Shown: positions 26,455 to 34,965 of the stretch, piece after piece | Position numbering within the stretch: position 1 is the stretch's first letter | How the letters are laid out: each line of letters begins with the position of its first letter | Source of the DNA: an uncultured bacterium | Lineage (GTDB): Bacteria; Electryoneota; AABM5-125-24; Hatepunaeales; Hatepunaeaceae | Assembly (NCBI GenBank): GCA_964471745.1 | Contig: CAYYHI010000002.1 | Coordinates: forward strand, 1 to 48,101 | DNA: 48,101 nt | Reading direction: 5' to 3' | Notes under the pieces: model-generated | The model's input: only the letters and a program-made list of their open reading frames with translations | What the model was told of the DNA's origin: nothing | Databases searched by the model: none | Made by a program: the position numbers and the translations under genes

Positions 26455-27579
26455 ATGACAGCCGCTGAAACAATCCTCTATCTTACGATAATAACCGGAA
26501 CGGTCTGGGCGGTGACGGTCATAGCCCTGTATATCGGTTTGGGGCGGCATAAGGCGTTTTCAGGTGACTTCAAGCCCCGCCTGAGTGTGCTTATCGCTAT
26601 CCGCAACGAGGAGAAAAACATCGACGGCTGCCTGCTGGCTCTGTCGACTCAGGATTATCCGCTGGAGTTGCGTGAAATAGTGGTCATCGACGATAACTCG
26701 ACCGACCGTACGAAGGAGATTGCATCCGGATATACTGAGAGAATCCCCGGATTTAAGGTTATTGATGCCGGAACACCACGGGAAGGCGTAGCTCCCAAGA
26801 AGAGCGCTTTGATCACCGGCATAGCTGAAACGACCGGCGAGATAATTATAACAACCGACGCGGATTGCTCGCCTCCGACTGGTTGGTTATCGGAAATGGC
26901 AGGGTTGTTCGAACCGGACGTGGATGCGGTGGTTGGATTTTCACCGCTGGAAGGCAGGGGGATCGCGGGTGTACTATCCCGTTTCGACAGCCTCGTTAAT
27001 GCGGTTATATCCGCGGGCGCGCTCGGGCTGGGCGTTGCCGGCAGCGCGGTCGGACGCAACTTCGCCTATCGCCGCCAGGCATGGCTCAACACCGGCGGCT
27101 TCGGTTCCGGCGCGGCAGCCGCTTCCGGTGACGACGATCTGCTGCTGCAGAGGATCGCTGCCAACGGCGGAAAAATCCTGTTTGCCACCAATCCTGCCAC
27201 CTTCGTCCCCGCCAGTGGAAAGAAATCGCTCGTTGAATGGTGGCGGATGAAACGACGGCATTTCTCAGCGGGTAAGAGGTACAAACCCGGACTTATTTTT
27301 CTGGGAACGCTGCTCTATCTGTTTAATCCGGCGTTGATAGCCACGACCGTCTGTGCCATCTGTGGAGAGATTAAACCCTACTGGATTAATGTGTTCTGGG
27401 GACTAAAAATCGGCTTGGATGGACTGGCGCTGGAAAAGGGAGCAAACCTGTTCCGGGTTCAGGATTGGAAATATCCGTGGCTGATCGGTGAATTGGTCTC
27501 GCCGTTCATCTTAACTGTCCTGTTGCCGGCGTCGATGGTTGGAAAGATTAGCTGGAAGGGCAGATCACTGAAGACGTAA
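26455..27579 (+). CDS. Membrane-anchored family 2 glycosyltransferase (lipid-type, GT21/HpnI-like motifs), paralog 1
   Basis: Motifs LSVLIAIRNEEKNI, QDYP..LREIVVIDDNSTDRT, APKKSALITGI, IIITTDADC and GDDDLLLQRI, with N- and C-terminal TM helices. It is colinear with the ORF at 31063-32244. Confidence 0.85.
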   Translation: MTAAETILYLTIITGTVWAVTVIALYIGLGRHKAFSGDFKPRLSVLIAIRNEEKNIDGCLLALSTQDYPLELREIVVIDDNSTDRTKEIASGYTERIPGFKVIDAGTPREGVAPKKSALITGIAETTGEIIITTDADCSPPTGWLSEMAGLFEPDVDAVVGFSPLEGRGIAGVLSRFDSLVNAVISAGALGLGVAGSAVGRNFAYRRQAWLNTGGFGSGAAAASGDDDLLLQRIAANGGKILFATNPATFVPASGKKSLVEWWRMKRRHFSAGKRYKPGLIFLGTLLYLFNPALIATTVCAICGEIKPYWINVFWGLKIGLDGLALEKGANLFRVQDWKYPWLIGELVSPFILTVLLPASMVGKISWKGRSLKT

Positions 27580-27686
27580 TTTACATGCTGTTAACCTTAT
27601 TTGTGTGCCTCGATTTGCTCGCAAATCGGGTTTCAGTAAATGAATCGAAGGAAGGAAGTTCTACCCTCCCATACAATTTACAGGCA

Positions 27687-27744
27687 GGCAGGAGTGTCTA
27701 TCCCACTGTTCAACTGACACGGTGGCGCAGGCGTCCCCGCCTGC
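27687..27744. repeat. Solo half of the 60-nt element plus a GCAGGCGTCCCCGCCTGC hairpin
   Basis: GGCAGGAGTGTCTATCCC (27687-27704) matches the AGACAGGAGTGTCTAACCTCCCC arm. The core CGTCCCCGC (27732-27740) recurs at 48074-48082. Confidence 0.55.
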
Positions 27745-27778
27745 GCTTGGGCGGGTGTATGATAAGTAAGGTAATGTC

Positions 27779-28408
27779 GTGGAGAAAGGCAAGCTGAAAA
27801 ATTTGGAAACACTGCTTGAAAAGGCAGACGCATCCAAGAGAGCTGACGATGCATCTGAAGCTAAAAACAGTAAACGGGTGACCGCCGGCGGCAGTATCCG
27901 TCAACGACAGATGCGTGAACTGCGTCAAATGCTGAAACAACAGGAAGCCAGACTACTCACTCAAAAAGAGGCGGAAATTAAAAAAGCCCGCCTCAGGAAT
28001 GTAGGGTTTATTGTCTTCGACAACATACCATTGCGGATGCACAAGATCCAAGACTATCTCAATAGGATGGGCTGCCTTAATACCGTTACGGTCAAAGGCT
28101 TCGGACAATTAGTTAATGGTGCTCTTGAGCTTATGAACAACGATAAGCTTCAACATACAGCAGTTATAACTCCCGGGGAACTATATAATGAATACCAAAC
28201 TTTCGTAAATTCACCCGCCATAACAACGGCAATGCAGAAATATCCCGAACTTGAAAACATACCCGTTTTCATCGCACTCGAACCGGACGCACCCTATGAA
28301 ACGCCGTCCGGCGTAGACCCCATGATGGTAATATCGATGAGCCAGAGCCTGCAGTACAATCAGAAGAAGATAAAGCGTACATTGGAGAAACTTGGATGGG
28401 AAAACTAA
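27779..28408 (+). CDS. Hypothetical protein (charged coiled N-half; C-half possibly a degenerate receiver-like fold)
   Basis: 209-aa ORF with a GTG start. VGFIVFDN...AVITPGEL...IPVFIAL loosely follows a CheY-like beta-alpha pattern but has no obvious phospho-acceptor Asp. No family recognised with confidence. Confidence 0.45.
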   Translation: MEKGKLKNLETLLEKADASKRADDASEAKNSKRVTAGGSIRQRQMRELRQMLKQQEARLLTQKEAEIKKARLRNVGFIVFDNIPLRMHKIQDYLNRMGCLNTVTVKGFGQLVNGALELMNNDKLQHTAVITPGELYNEYQTFVNSPAITTAMQKYPELENIPVFIALEPDAPYETPSGVDPMMVISMSQSLQYNQKKIKRTLEKLGWEN

Positions 28409-28447
28409 TGCGAAGCAGTGATTTTTTAGTGGTGTCCCTTGATGTTT

Positions 28448-28579
28448 GTCATTCCCGCGAAAGCGGGAATCCAGAGAAGTTGCTGATATTGCCGGAGTTA
28501 CTGGATTCCATCTTCCGATGGAATGATGAAGTTTGGTGCGTTTTTCACATTCTCAGACACACTGTTTCGCGGGAATGAC
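28448..28579. repeat. Composite repeat: GTCATTCCCGCGAAA / TTTCGCGGGAATGAC arms enclosing a 99-nt copy of the right part of the 153-nt element
   Basis: 28466-28564 aligns with 3446-3544 at 91 of 99 positions (hand alignment). The outer 15-nt arms are perfect inverted repeats. Confidence 0.85.
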
Positions 28580-28622
28580 AATGAATAGCTGACACTACCT
28601 TAAGTTTAACCTGGAAATACAA

Positions 28623-28829
28623 ATGAATGAAATCATCTTCCTCATAGAAGAGGCGCCTGAGGGTGGGTTTACAGCCCGCGCCGTGGGCGAATCCATCTTC
28701 ACCGAAGCCGACGATCTACAAGCACTGAATGACAACATCCGTGATGCGGTAAAGTGTCATTTTGATCAGGGGAATATGCCCAAGATGATCAGACTCCATT
28801 ACGTGCGCGAAGAAGTGATCCCAGTATGA
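28623..28829 (+). CDS. hicB: HicB-like (UPF0150-type) antitoxin
   Basis: The 68-aa protein IIFLIEEAPEGGFTARAVGESIFTEADDLQALNDNIRDAV..HF is the typical small partner of HicA toxins of this subtype. It has a 4-nt ATGA overlap with the next ORF. Confidence 0.7.
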   Translation: MNEIIFLIEEAPEGGFTARAVGESIFTEADDLQALNDNIRDAVKCHFDQGNMPKMIRLHYVREEVIPV

Positions 28830-29071
28830 GGCTGCCTCGAGACCTCTCCGCGGAACAGCTCATTAAAGGTCTGAAAAGACTCGGTTACGAACAAACGAGA
28901 AAAAGTGGTTCCCATATTCGAATGACTATTCGTATTGATGGCGAGCATCATATTACAATCCCCAGTCACAGCTCGTTACGCGTGGGAACATTATCCGCTA
29001 TATTAAATGATGTCGCTTCGTACCTTAAGGTTAGCCGTGAAGATATATTAGAAAAGCTGCTTAAAGGTTAG
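28826..29071 (+). CDS. hicA: HicA-family mRNA interferase toxin
   Basis: LPRDLSAEQLIKGLKRLGYEQTRKSGSHIRMT....HHITIPSHSSLRVGTLSAILNDVA matches the HicA/YcfA dsRBD-like pattern, including the conserved GSH. Confidence 0.85.
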   Translation: MRLPRDLSAEQLIKGLKRLGYEQTRKSGSHIRMTIRIDGEHHITIPSHSSLRVGTLSAILNDVASYLKVSREDILEKLLKG

Positions 29072-29210
29072 ATAATAGCAGAGACTCACCAAACGTTAAT
29101 ATACGAGTAAGTCTAACATCCTTTTTTGAGATATTTCATTAAAGAGTTTTATCTTCTTTATTACTAATTAGATAGAAAGAAATAGAGTAATCCGTCTCCC
29201 AATCCCGATA

Positions 29211-30116
29211 ATGCTCTGGATGGAGCCTTCCGCATCCTGCAATCTCGACTGCCCGGGCTGCCCGACCGCTGCCGGCAGAGGTGGCGGGGTCATGCATCTG
29301 GAAGACTTCATCCATGTTATAGATCAACTGCCCTGGCTGCGGTTCCTCAACCTCTGGCATCGCGGCGAACCGCTGGTCGCGCCCGATTTCTCGGATATGG
29401 TCGCCGAAGCCTCCCAGCGCGGCATCTGGACACAGACATACACCAACGGACTGCTGCTGAGTAAAAACGGTCTCGCTGGAAGAATCGTCGCCGCCGGACT
29501 GAACCGCATCACCATCGGCATCGACGGTCCGGATGAGGAAACCTATTCCCGCATACGACTGGGTGGAAGCCTCGCTGATGTGGAAGCCGGAGTCCGCGCT
29601 CTATTGGAGGCACGTAAAAAACAACGGTCAAGCAAACCTAAAATCATCGCCGAATGTCTCGTGTCCCGCCAGCGTCCCGACCAGTTCCAGGCGGTTCGAG
29701 AAATGGCGCTGGCATGGGGATGTGACAGGTTCCTGTTCAAGACCTATAAAGTTGCCAACACTGACGAGCCGGACGACGCTGTCAGACTTCTTCCCGACGA
29801 CCCGGAACTCTGGCGCTACAAACGTGTGAATGGCTTTCTCGAGATGAAACGCACACGCGACAATTGCCGCCGCCTGGCATATTCGGCTGTTATAGGCTGG
29901 AACGGTGAAGTCCTGCCCTGCTGTTTCAGCACTAATGATCTCCACTCGTTCGGCAACGCCTTCCAGCAGCCGTTCAGGGAAATCTGGCGTGGGAAAACTA
30001 TCAGGGAATTCCAGCACGTCGTCAATAACGGCAGCCGCGATAAAATCCCAATGTGCCGCAACTGTACTGAAGGACTGAAACGTTTATATCTTCCTCAGAA
30101 ACTCGTCTGCAGATGA
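29211..30116 (+). CDS. Radical SAM enzyme with C-terminal SPASM/twitch-type Cys cluster
   Basis: CNLDCPGC (CxxxCxxC) lies 10 residues from the start. The C-terminal CCFS...C..C pattern is WNGEVLPCCFS....IPMCRNC. An in-frame stop 42 nt upstream limits the N-terminus. Confidence 0.85.
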   Translation: MLWMEPSASCNLDCPGCPTAAGRGGGVMHLEDFIHVIDQLPWLRFLNLWHRGEPLVAPDFSDMVAEASQRGIWTQTYTNGLLLSKNGLAGRIVAAGLNRITIGIDGPDEETYSRIRLGGSLADVEAGVRALLEARKKQRSSKPKIIAECLVSRQRPDQFQAVREMALAWGCDRFLFKTYKVANTDEPDDAVRLLPDDPELWRYKRVNGFLEMKRTRDNCRRLAYSAVIGWNGEVLPCCFSTNDLHSFGNAFQQPFREIWRGKTIREFQHVVNNGSRDKIPMCRNCTEGLKRLYLPQKLVCR

Positions 30117-31066
30117 ACAAGATTATATTTTTCTGGATCAAGGTCGCCATAGCGATCGTCCTGCTCGGATTGATGTTTTACATCGTCAAACCCGGCGCCA
30201 TCTGGGATGCCCTCAGGACTGCACGTTACGAAATGGTCGCGTTTGGTCTGGCGCTGATGCCGCTCAATATCTGGCTCCAGGAGGTCAAGTGGCGCTACCT
30301 GGTCAGGCTGGTTTATCCTCAAGCCGGTTTCAACGACACATTGGGATCGCTCCTCGGCGGCATGGCTTTCGGTATTGTAACCCCCGGTCGAATTGGTGAA
30401 TACGGGCGCGGACTATTCATTAAGCACGGCAAACCACTCAACCTGCTTGGTCTGATCGTGGTCGATAAGTTTTACAACCTCGGCTGCACCATCGCCTTCG
30501 GTCTGCCGGCGTTGATGACTCTGCCCTGGGCGACCGACCTGATCAGCGGACGTCTCTTGATATCCATGGTTCTGCTGCTTTTGTCGATAAATCTGGTTCT
30601 ACTCTACCTCGCGCTTGACCCCAAACCGGTTCGCAGTTTGATCTATGCGCTGCAGATCATGTTCCCGCAGGGCAATAAAATCGCTCAACTGGCGCACGGA
30701 CTCGACCGCTTTGGAACGCCGCAAGCCAGAACGGTTCTGATATTTACTCTGGCGCACTACATTGTTTTCCTCGTGCAGTATTTCGCTCTGATTTGCAGTT
30801 TTTTCGGTCTCGATTTCATAACCAGCTTGCGAGGCGCGGCAGCTATCCTGCTTGTAAAATCAGCACTGCCGATTGCGATTGCCGATCTCGGCATCGACCA
30901 ACTGGTATCAGTGCAGTTCTTCGGGCAGTTTGGCGCTCCTGCCGAAGCGTCTTTCAATGCGTCAATACTGCTATTCGCCATGAATGTCCTCGTGCCCGCT
31001 TTGGCGGGGCTGTTCTTTATCGGACGACTGCGTATCGGGAAAAGTAAGGAGGAGGTCAGCGATTGA
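30113..31066 (+). CDS. Flippase-like / lysylphosphatidylglycerol-synthase-TM-domain (UPF0104, HpnL-like) membrane protein
   Basis: Polytopic, 317 aa. The N-terminal pattern KVAIAIVLLGLMFYIV.....W..L.......V.F.LAL.PLNIWLQEVKWRYL is typical of this family. ATGA overlap with the radical SAM gene. Confidence 0.7.
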   Translation: MNKIIFFWIKVAIAIVLLGLMFYIVKPGAIWDALRTARYEMVAFGLALMPLNIWLQEVKWRYLVRLVYPQAGFNDTLGSLLGGMAFGIVTPGRIGEYGRGLFIKHGKPLNLLGLIVVDKFYNLGCTIAFGLPALMTLPWATDLISGRLLISMVLLLLSINLVLLYLALDPKPVRSLIYALQIMFPQGNKIAQLAHGLDRFGTPQARTVLIFTLAHYIVFLVQYFALICSFFGLDFITSLRGAAAILLVKSALPIAIADLGIDQLVSVQFFGQFGAPAEASFNASILLFAMNVLVPALAGLFFIGRLRIGKSKEEVSD

Positions 31067-32244
31067 ACCTGATCTTCAACATGATATTGACCGCCACAGG
31101 CTTGAGCTACCTGTTTCTGCTCGGGATGATCATCATTGGATTGCACAAGCTTCGGAAGACCAAGCCTGTTGATAACAATTACCAGCCATCTGTTACTATC
31201 GTTATAGCTGCACGCGATGAAGAGGAAAACCTGCCTGCCACCCTTCAAAGCCTGACCTGGCAGAACTATCCGGATGAGCTTCTCGAAATAATCGTCGTCG
31301 ATGACCGTTCCAGTGACCGAACGGCTGAAACAGTCAAGGAATTCAACGCCCGTTATTCGTTTGTCAAGCTTATCAGGCAGACTGAGACAATCCCCGGCGC
31401 AAGTCCTAAGAAACAGGCTCTTGAGAAGGGCATCAAAGCTGCCCGCGGTGAAATAATCATGACCACCGACGCCGATTGCACACATGACCGGAACTGGGTG
31501 CAGATTATGGTAGATGGCTTTACCCCGGAAGTGGGCATGGTCATCGGTCAGGCGCGGTTTGCCCCCCCCTTTATTCCCCCCCCGGTTACCGGGGGGGGAG
31601 TAAGGGGGGGGGTTCTCTGGCAGCGGCTTCAGGCGCTGGACTTCCAGGCGCTGGGCTACGCATCCGCCGGATTGATTGCCGCAGGGATGCCGTTCCATTG
31701 CAGCGGCGCCAGCCTCGCCTTCCGCAAACAGCTATTCGACGATATCCAAGGCTGGAAAGGTTACGACAAGCTGATATCAGGCGATGATGAGCTGCTGATG
31801 GCAAAAGCCGTGAAAAGCCGCTGGAAAATCGTCGCTGCTACATCACCGGCGTCGATTGTTAAGGCACGACCAGTCTCAACCTTGAAGGAATTATGGCATC
31901 AGCGTATCAGGTGGGGCTCCAAGGGATTGTACTACCGCTTTTCACGCAAGTTCGTCCTTTCGGGCGTCTTCCTGTTTCTTCTGACATTGCTTATCGGACC
32001 CTTTATCGTAATCACAACAGGCAGTTGGATATACTGGATTGAATGGATCCTTTTCAGATTTCTACTCGATTGGACCGCCGTCAAGGACGGCAGTCAGGTC
32101 TTCGGTGAGAAACTACCTTTCGCCGAATTCCTGCTAACCGAGATCATCTACCCACCAGCAATAGTTGTTTTCACGGTTGCCGGTCACTTCACCAGTTTCC
32201 GATGGAAGGATCAGCGTTTCCGCAGCCGGGGTAAAGCCCGATGA
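31063..32244 (+). CDS. Membrane-anchored family 2 glycosyltransferase (lipid-type), paralog 2, carrying an in-frame repeat insertion
   Basis: Motifs VTIVIAARDEEENL, QNYPDELLEIIVVDDRSSDRT, SPKKQALEKGI, IIMTTDADC, GDDELLMAK and QRIRWGSKG, with C-terminal TM helices. TTGA overlap upstream; an alternative ATG is at 31081. Confidence 0.85.
   Translation: MNLIFNMILTATGLSYLFLLGMIIIGLHKLRKTKPVDNNYQPSVTIVIAARDEEENLPATLQSLTWQNYPDELLEIIVVDDRSSDRTAETVKEFNARYSFVKLIRQTETIPGASPKKQALEKGIKAARGEIIMTTDADCTHDRNWVQIMVDGFTPEVGMVIGQARFAPPFIPPPVTGGGVRGGVLWQRLQALDFQALGYASAGLIAAGMPFHCSGASLAFRKQLFDDIQGWKGYDKLISGDDELLMAKAVKSRWKIVAATSPASIVKARPVSTLKELWHQRIRWGSKGLYYRFSRKFVLSGVFLFLLTLLIGPFIVITTGSWIYWIEWILFRFLLDWTAVKDGSQVFGEKLPFAEFLLTEIIYPPAIVVFTVAGHFTSFRWKDQRFRSRGKAR
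31562..31612. repeat. C8/G8 double hairpin repeat inserted in frame in the GT2 gene
   Basis: C8-TTTATT-C8-GGTTACC-G8-AGTAA-G9. It translates as PPFIPPPVTGGGVRGG and is absent from the paralog at 26455-27579. Confidence 0.8.
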
Positions 32245-32870
32245 TCAGCGACATCTTCCCGATGGTGGCATCGCGTTTGTCCTCCTGTGTCATCAGCAGA
32301 GGTGAGCCGCCCGGCGTCTACCTGACCTTCGATGACGGTCCACACCCGCAGCATACGCCGAAGTTTCTCGATATACTAACTAAGTACGACTGTAAGGCAA
32401 CCTTCTTCGTGACCGGTCGGCTGGCGGAGAAGCACCCGGAGATCGTCCGCATGACCGCCGAAGCTGGACACACCATCGGCAGCCACGGCTATAACCACTC
32501 AATTATGATCCTGAAGAAAGAGCGCGTCATTCGCGATAATCTCAAGCGTTCGTTGGACACTATTGCAGACATCACCGGCAGCAGCCCGCGTCTCTTCCGC
32601 CCGCCGCATGGCTGGTTTGGACGGTATTTGACGTCGGTGTCAAGTAAACTTGGTCTGAAGCTCGTGCTCTGGTCGCTTTCACCGGCTGACTACGTTGCCA
32701 ACCCACCCACAGTTCTCGAACGGCGCATAGTTCGCAGGATCAGACCCGGAGATATTGTTCTGCTTCATGATGGCGCTAAATATGCCGACAACATGCTGTT
32801 GGCACTGCCACGGGTGTTGGAGTTCATATCAACAACAGGGCTGAACGCCGTGGCGCTGAAGGATGAATAG
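32241..32870 (+). CDS. Polysaccharide deacetylase (NodB homology domain, CE4)
   Basis: YLTFDDGPHP, ATFFVTG, GHTIGSHGYNH and LFRPPHG are the canonical NodB motifs. ATGA overlap with the upstream GT2 gene. Confidence 0.9.
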   Translation: MISDIFPMVASRLSSCVISRGEPPGVYLTFDDGPHPQHTPKFLDILTKYDCKATFFVTGRLAEKHPEIVRMTAEAGHTIGSHGYNHSIMILKKERVIRDNLKRSLDTIADITGSSPRLFRPPHGWFGRYLTSVSSKLGLKLVLWSLSPADYVANPPTVLERRIVRRIRPGDIVLLHDGAKYADNMLLALPRVLEFISTTGLNAVALKDE

Positions 32871-32902
32871 ACGTGAATAAACCGATTCCTGCGAAATCTA
32901 CT

Positions 32903-32970
32903 ACCACCAAGACACCAAGACACAAAGAAGTAAAAAATTCTCTTTCCTCGTGTCTTTGTGACTTTGTGGT
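32903..32970. repeat. Imperfect inverted repeat (ACCACCAAGACACCAAGACACAAAG type), possible operon-end hairpin
   Basis: The left arm 32903-32930 and right arm 32946-32970 are roughly complementary, at about three quarters of positions by eye. Confidence 0.5.
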
Positions 32971-33004
32971 TTATAACTGAACTAATCTCAAGCTTCAATA
33001 ATAC

Positions 33005-34615
33005 ATGGATACAAGCTTAACTGACCTCATCCCTCTGATAGGACTTTACGCCGAAACCCACTACCGGTTTGGCTTCTTTCCATTCAGCCGGTACTACCGC
33101 CGCGAACCGGAAGTCATCTTCGACACGCCCCACCGCCTCGAACCCGATCTCCCGCTGCCGGTTACACTGATTGTCAAAGATGCAAGCCGCTTCCCTGTAA
33201 CCATTAAATCAGCGTCACTTAAAGTATATTGTAAAGATGATAGCGTAACTCTTGATATACCACTGAATACTCATATTGATACACCTTTCTGGCATAAGAT
33301 CTTCTATGTCAACGTTTCCGAATTGCCACCGGGACGGATGATCGTCGAAGCATCCGCTGTAATCTATGACGGCAGACGTACGCTAACCATACACCACGAC
33401 AATTACGCCGGTCTATCCCATGCGCCGCTCCACGTTCATAAAGCCGCCGATCCGCTGCCAAGGCTGTCCGGCTGGATACCAGGCGAACTCCATACCCATA
33501 CCGAGTACGGCGCTGACCAAGTCGAATTCGGCGCACCATTGGAAGCCATACGCAGCACAGCAGATGCCCTCGGTCTGGGCTGGGCAGCGCTGACCGATCA
33601 CTCGTATAATCTCGACGACTACGAGGACGATTACCTGCGCGATGACCCCGAACTGACCAAATGGAAGAAATTTCGACAACACGCTGAGAGTTTGAATCGC
33701 GAAGGAAACAATGTTGTTCTTATCCCTGGTGAAGAACTGACCTGCAGATCGGCGAGCGGTCGGAACGTTCACATGCTTCTGCTCGGCGAAGACAGTTTCC
33801 TGCCCGGCTCCGGTGACGGCGCCCAGAAATGGTTTCGTACCCGAAGCGAGCTCTCGGTCAAAGAGGCTCTAAACAGCGCATCCGAGGATGCCTTCTGCGC
33901 TGCCGCACATCCATTTGCACCTGTGAACTTACTCGAAAGAATGCTGGTGAAGCGCGGCGCCTGGAAGCATACCGACCTATGTCATCCACGTTTGGACGGC
34001 TGGCAGATACTGAACGGCGGAAAGGATGATAATTTCAGCAGAAGCCTCAAAGATTGGACTGCGGCACTACTCGAAGGTGAGAGGAAATACATATACGCCG
34101 GAAACGACTCCCACGGTAATTTCAACCGCTTCCGTCAGGTCAGGCTGCCGATGATCGCCCTCCACGAAAAACATGCTCACCTGTTCGGGAGATATACGAC
34201 ACATGTGAGAATCAACGGTGAACCTGACGCAGGCTCGATTATCGTTGCCTTGAAAGGCGGTCGGGCGGTTATAAGCAGCGGACCTGCCCTGGAATTGACT
34301 ATCCTGAAGAACGGTAGGGAGTTTCACAGCGGTGATGAATTGTCAACAACCAGCTCAGAAAAAATCCGGTGTAGATATAAAACCACAACCGAGTTCGGTG
34401 AAGTCATGGAACTTAATATACTTACCGCGGGAACCAATTGTGAAAAGTATATCCATAAATACAATGAAATGACCAAGCGAAGAATTAATAACTCTCTAAA
34501 TGGCGAATTCGCACTTCCTTTTGAAGGCTCGAAGTACATAAGGGCGGAAGCTCGTACACGAACCGCTGGCGGTGAGACACATTTCGCCTATTCCAATCCT
34601 ATCTGGATTAAATGA
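33005..34615 (+). CDS. PHP-domain metallophosphoesterase-like protein (CehA/McbA-like)
   Basis: GELHTHTEYG, ALTDHSY, AAHPF and GNDSHGNF are PHP-type metal-binding His/Asp motifs, preceded by an N-terminal domain of about 150 aa. Confidence 0.6.
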   Translation: MDTSLTDLIPLIGLYAETHYRFGFFPFSRYYRREPEVIFDTPHRLEPDLPLPVTLIVKDASRFPVTIKSASLKVYCKDDSVTLDIPLNTHIDTPFWHKIFYVNVSELPPGRMIVEASAVIYDGRRTLTIHHDNYAGLSHAPLHVHKAADPLPRLSGWIPGELHTHTEYGADQVEFGAPLEAIRSTADALGLGWAALTDHSYNLDDYEDDYLRDDPELTKWKKFRQHAESLNREGNNVVLIPGEELTCRSASGRNVHMLLLGEDSFLPGSGDGAQKWFRTRSELSVKEALNSASEDAFCAAAHPFAPVNLLERMLVKRGAWKHTDLCHPRLDGWQILNGGKDDNFSRSLKDWTAALLEGERKYIYAGNDSHGNFNRFRQVRLPMIALHEKHAHLFGRYTTHVRINGEPDAGSIIVALKGGRAVISSGPALELTILKNGREFHSGDELSTTSSEKIRCRYKTTTEFGEVMELNILTAGTNCEKYIHKYNEMTKRRINNSLNGEFALPFEGSKYIRAEARTRTAGGETHFAYSNPIWIK

Positions 34616-34630
34616 TGACTCGCTTCGGGA

Positions 34631-34713
34631 GACCCTTCACTAAGTTCAGGGTGACTATCCCGAAAATCATTCTGACAATCCCGGAGGTCATTCTGAGCGA
34701 AGTGAAGAATCTC
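34631..34713. repeat. Cluster of GTCAYYCTGARCGWAGTGAAGRRTC-type repeat arms
   Basis: GACCCTTCACTAAGTTCAGGGTGAC (34631-34655, reverse orientation) and GTCATTCTGAGCGAAGTGAAGAATCTC (34687-34713). The latter nearly equals 38446-38472. Confidence 0.75.
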
Positions 34714-34880
34714 ATCCCCCTTCAGAACCATGTTTCTTAAGCCTCATGCAAAACAAACAATTAGGTTTAGCTATTATTAAACAAGCATATAACAAATTCA
34801 TCTGTCTATCTCTTGTTTATTACACACTTTCTTTAATTTAGATTAATAACATTTATATTTATTAAAACTATCTTTATTGC

Positions 34881-34909
34881 TTGACTCCGCACTAAGTGCT
34901 CTCTATATT
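34881..34909 (+). promoter_or_regulatory. Sigma-70-like promoter of dnaA
   Basis: TTGACT-N17-TATATT, 57 nt upstream of the dnaA ATG. Confidence 0.45.
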
Positions 34910-34965
34910 GCTTCACCTCCACCAAGAGAATTCATAACAACCTACTTATCAAGGTATTACATAAT

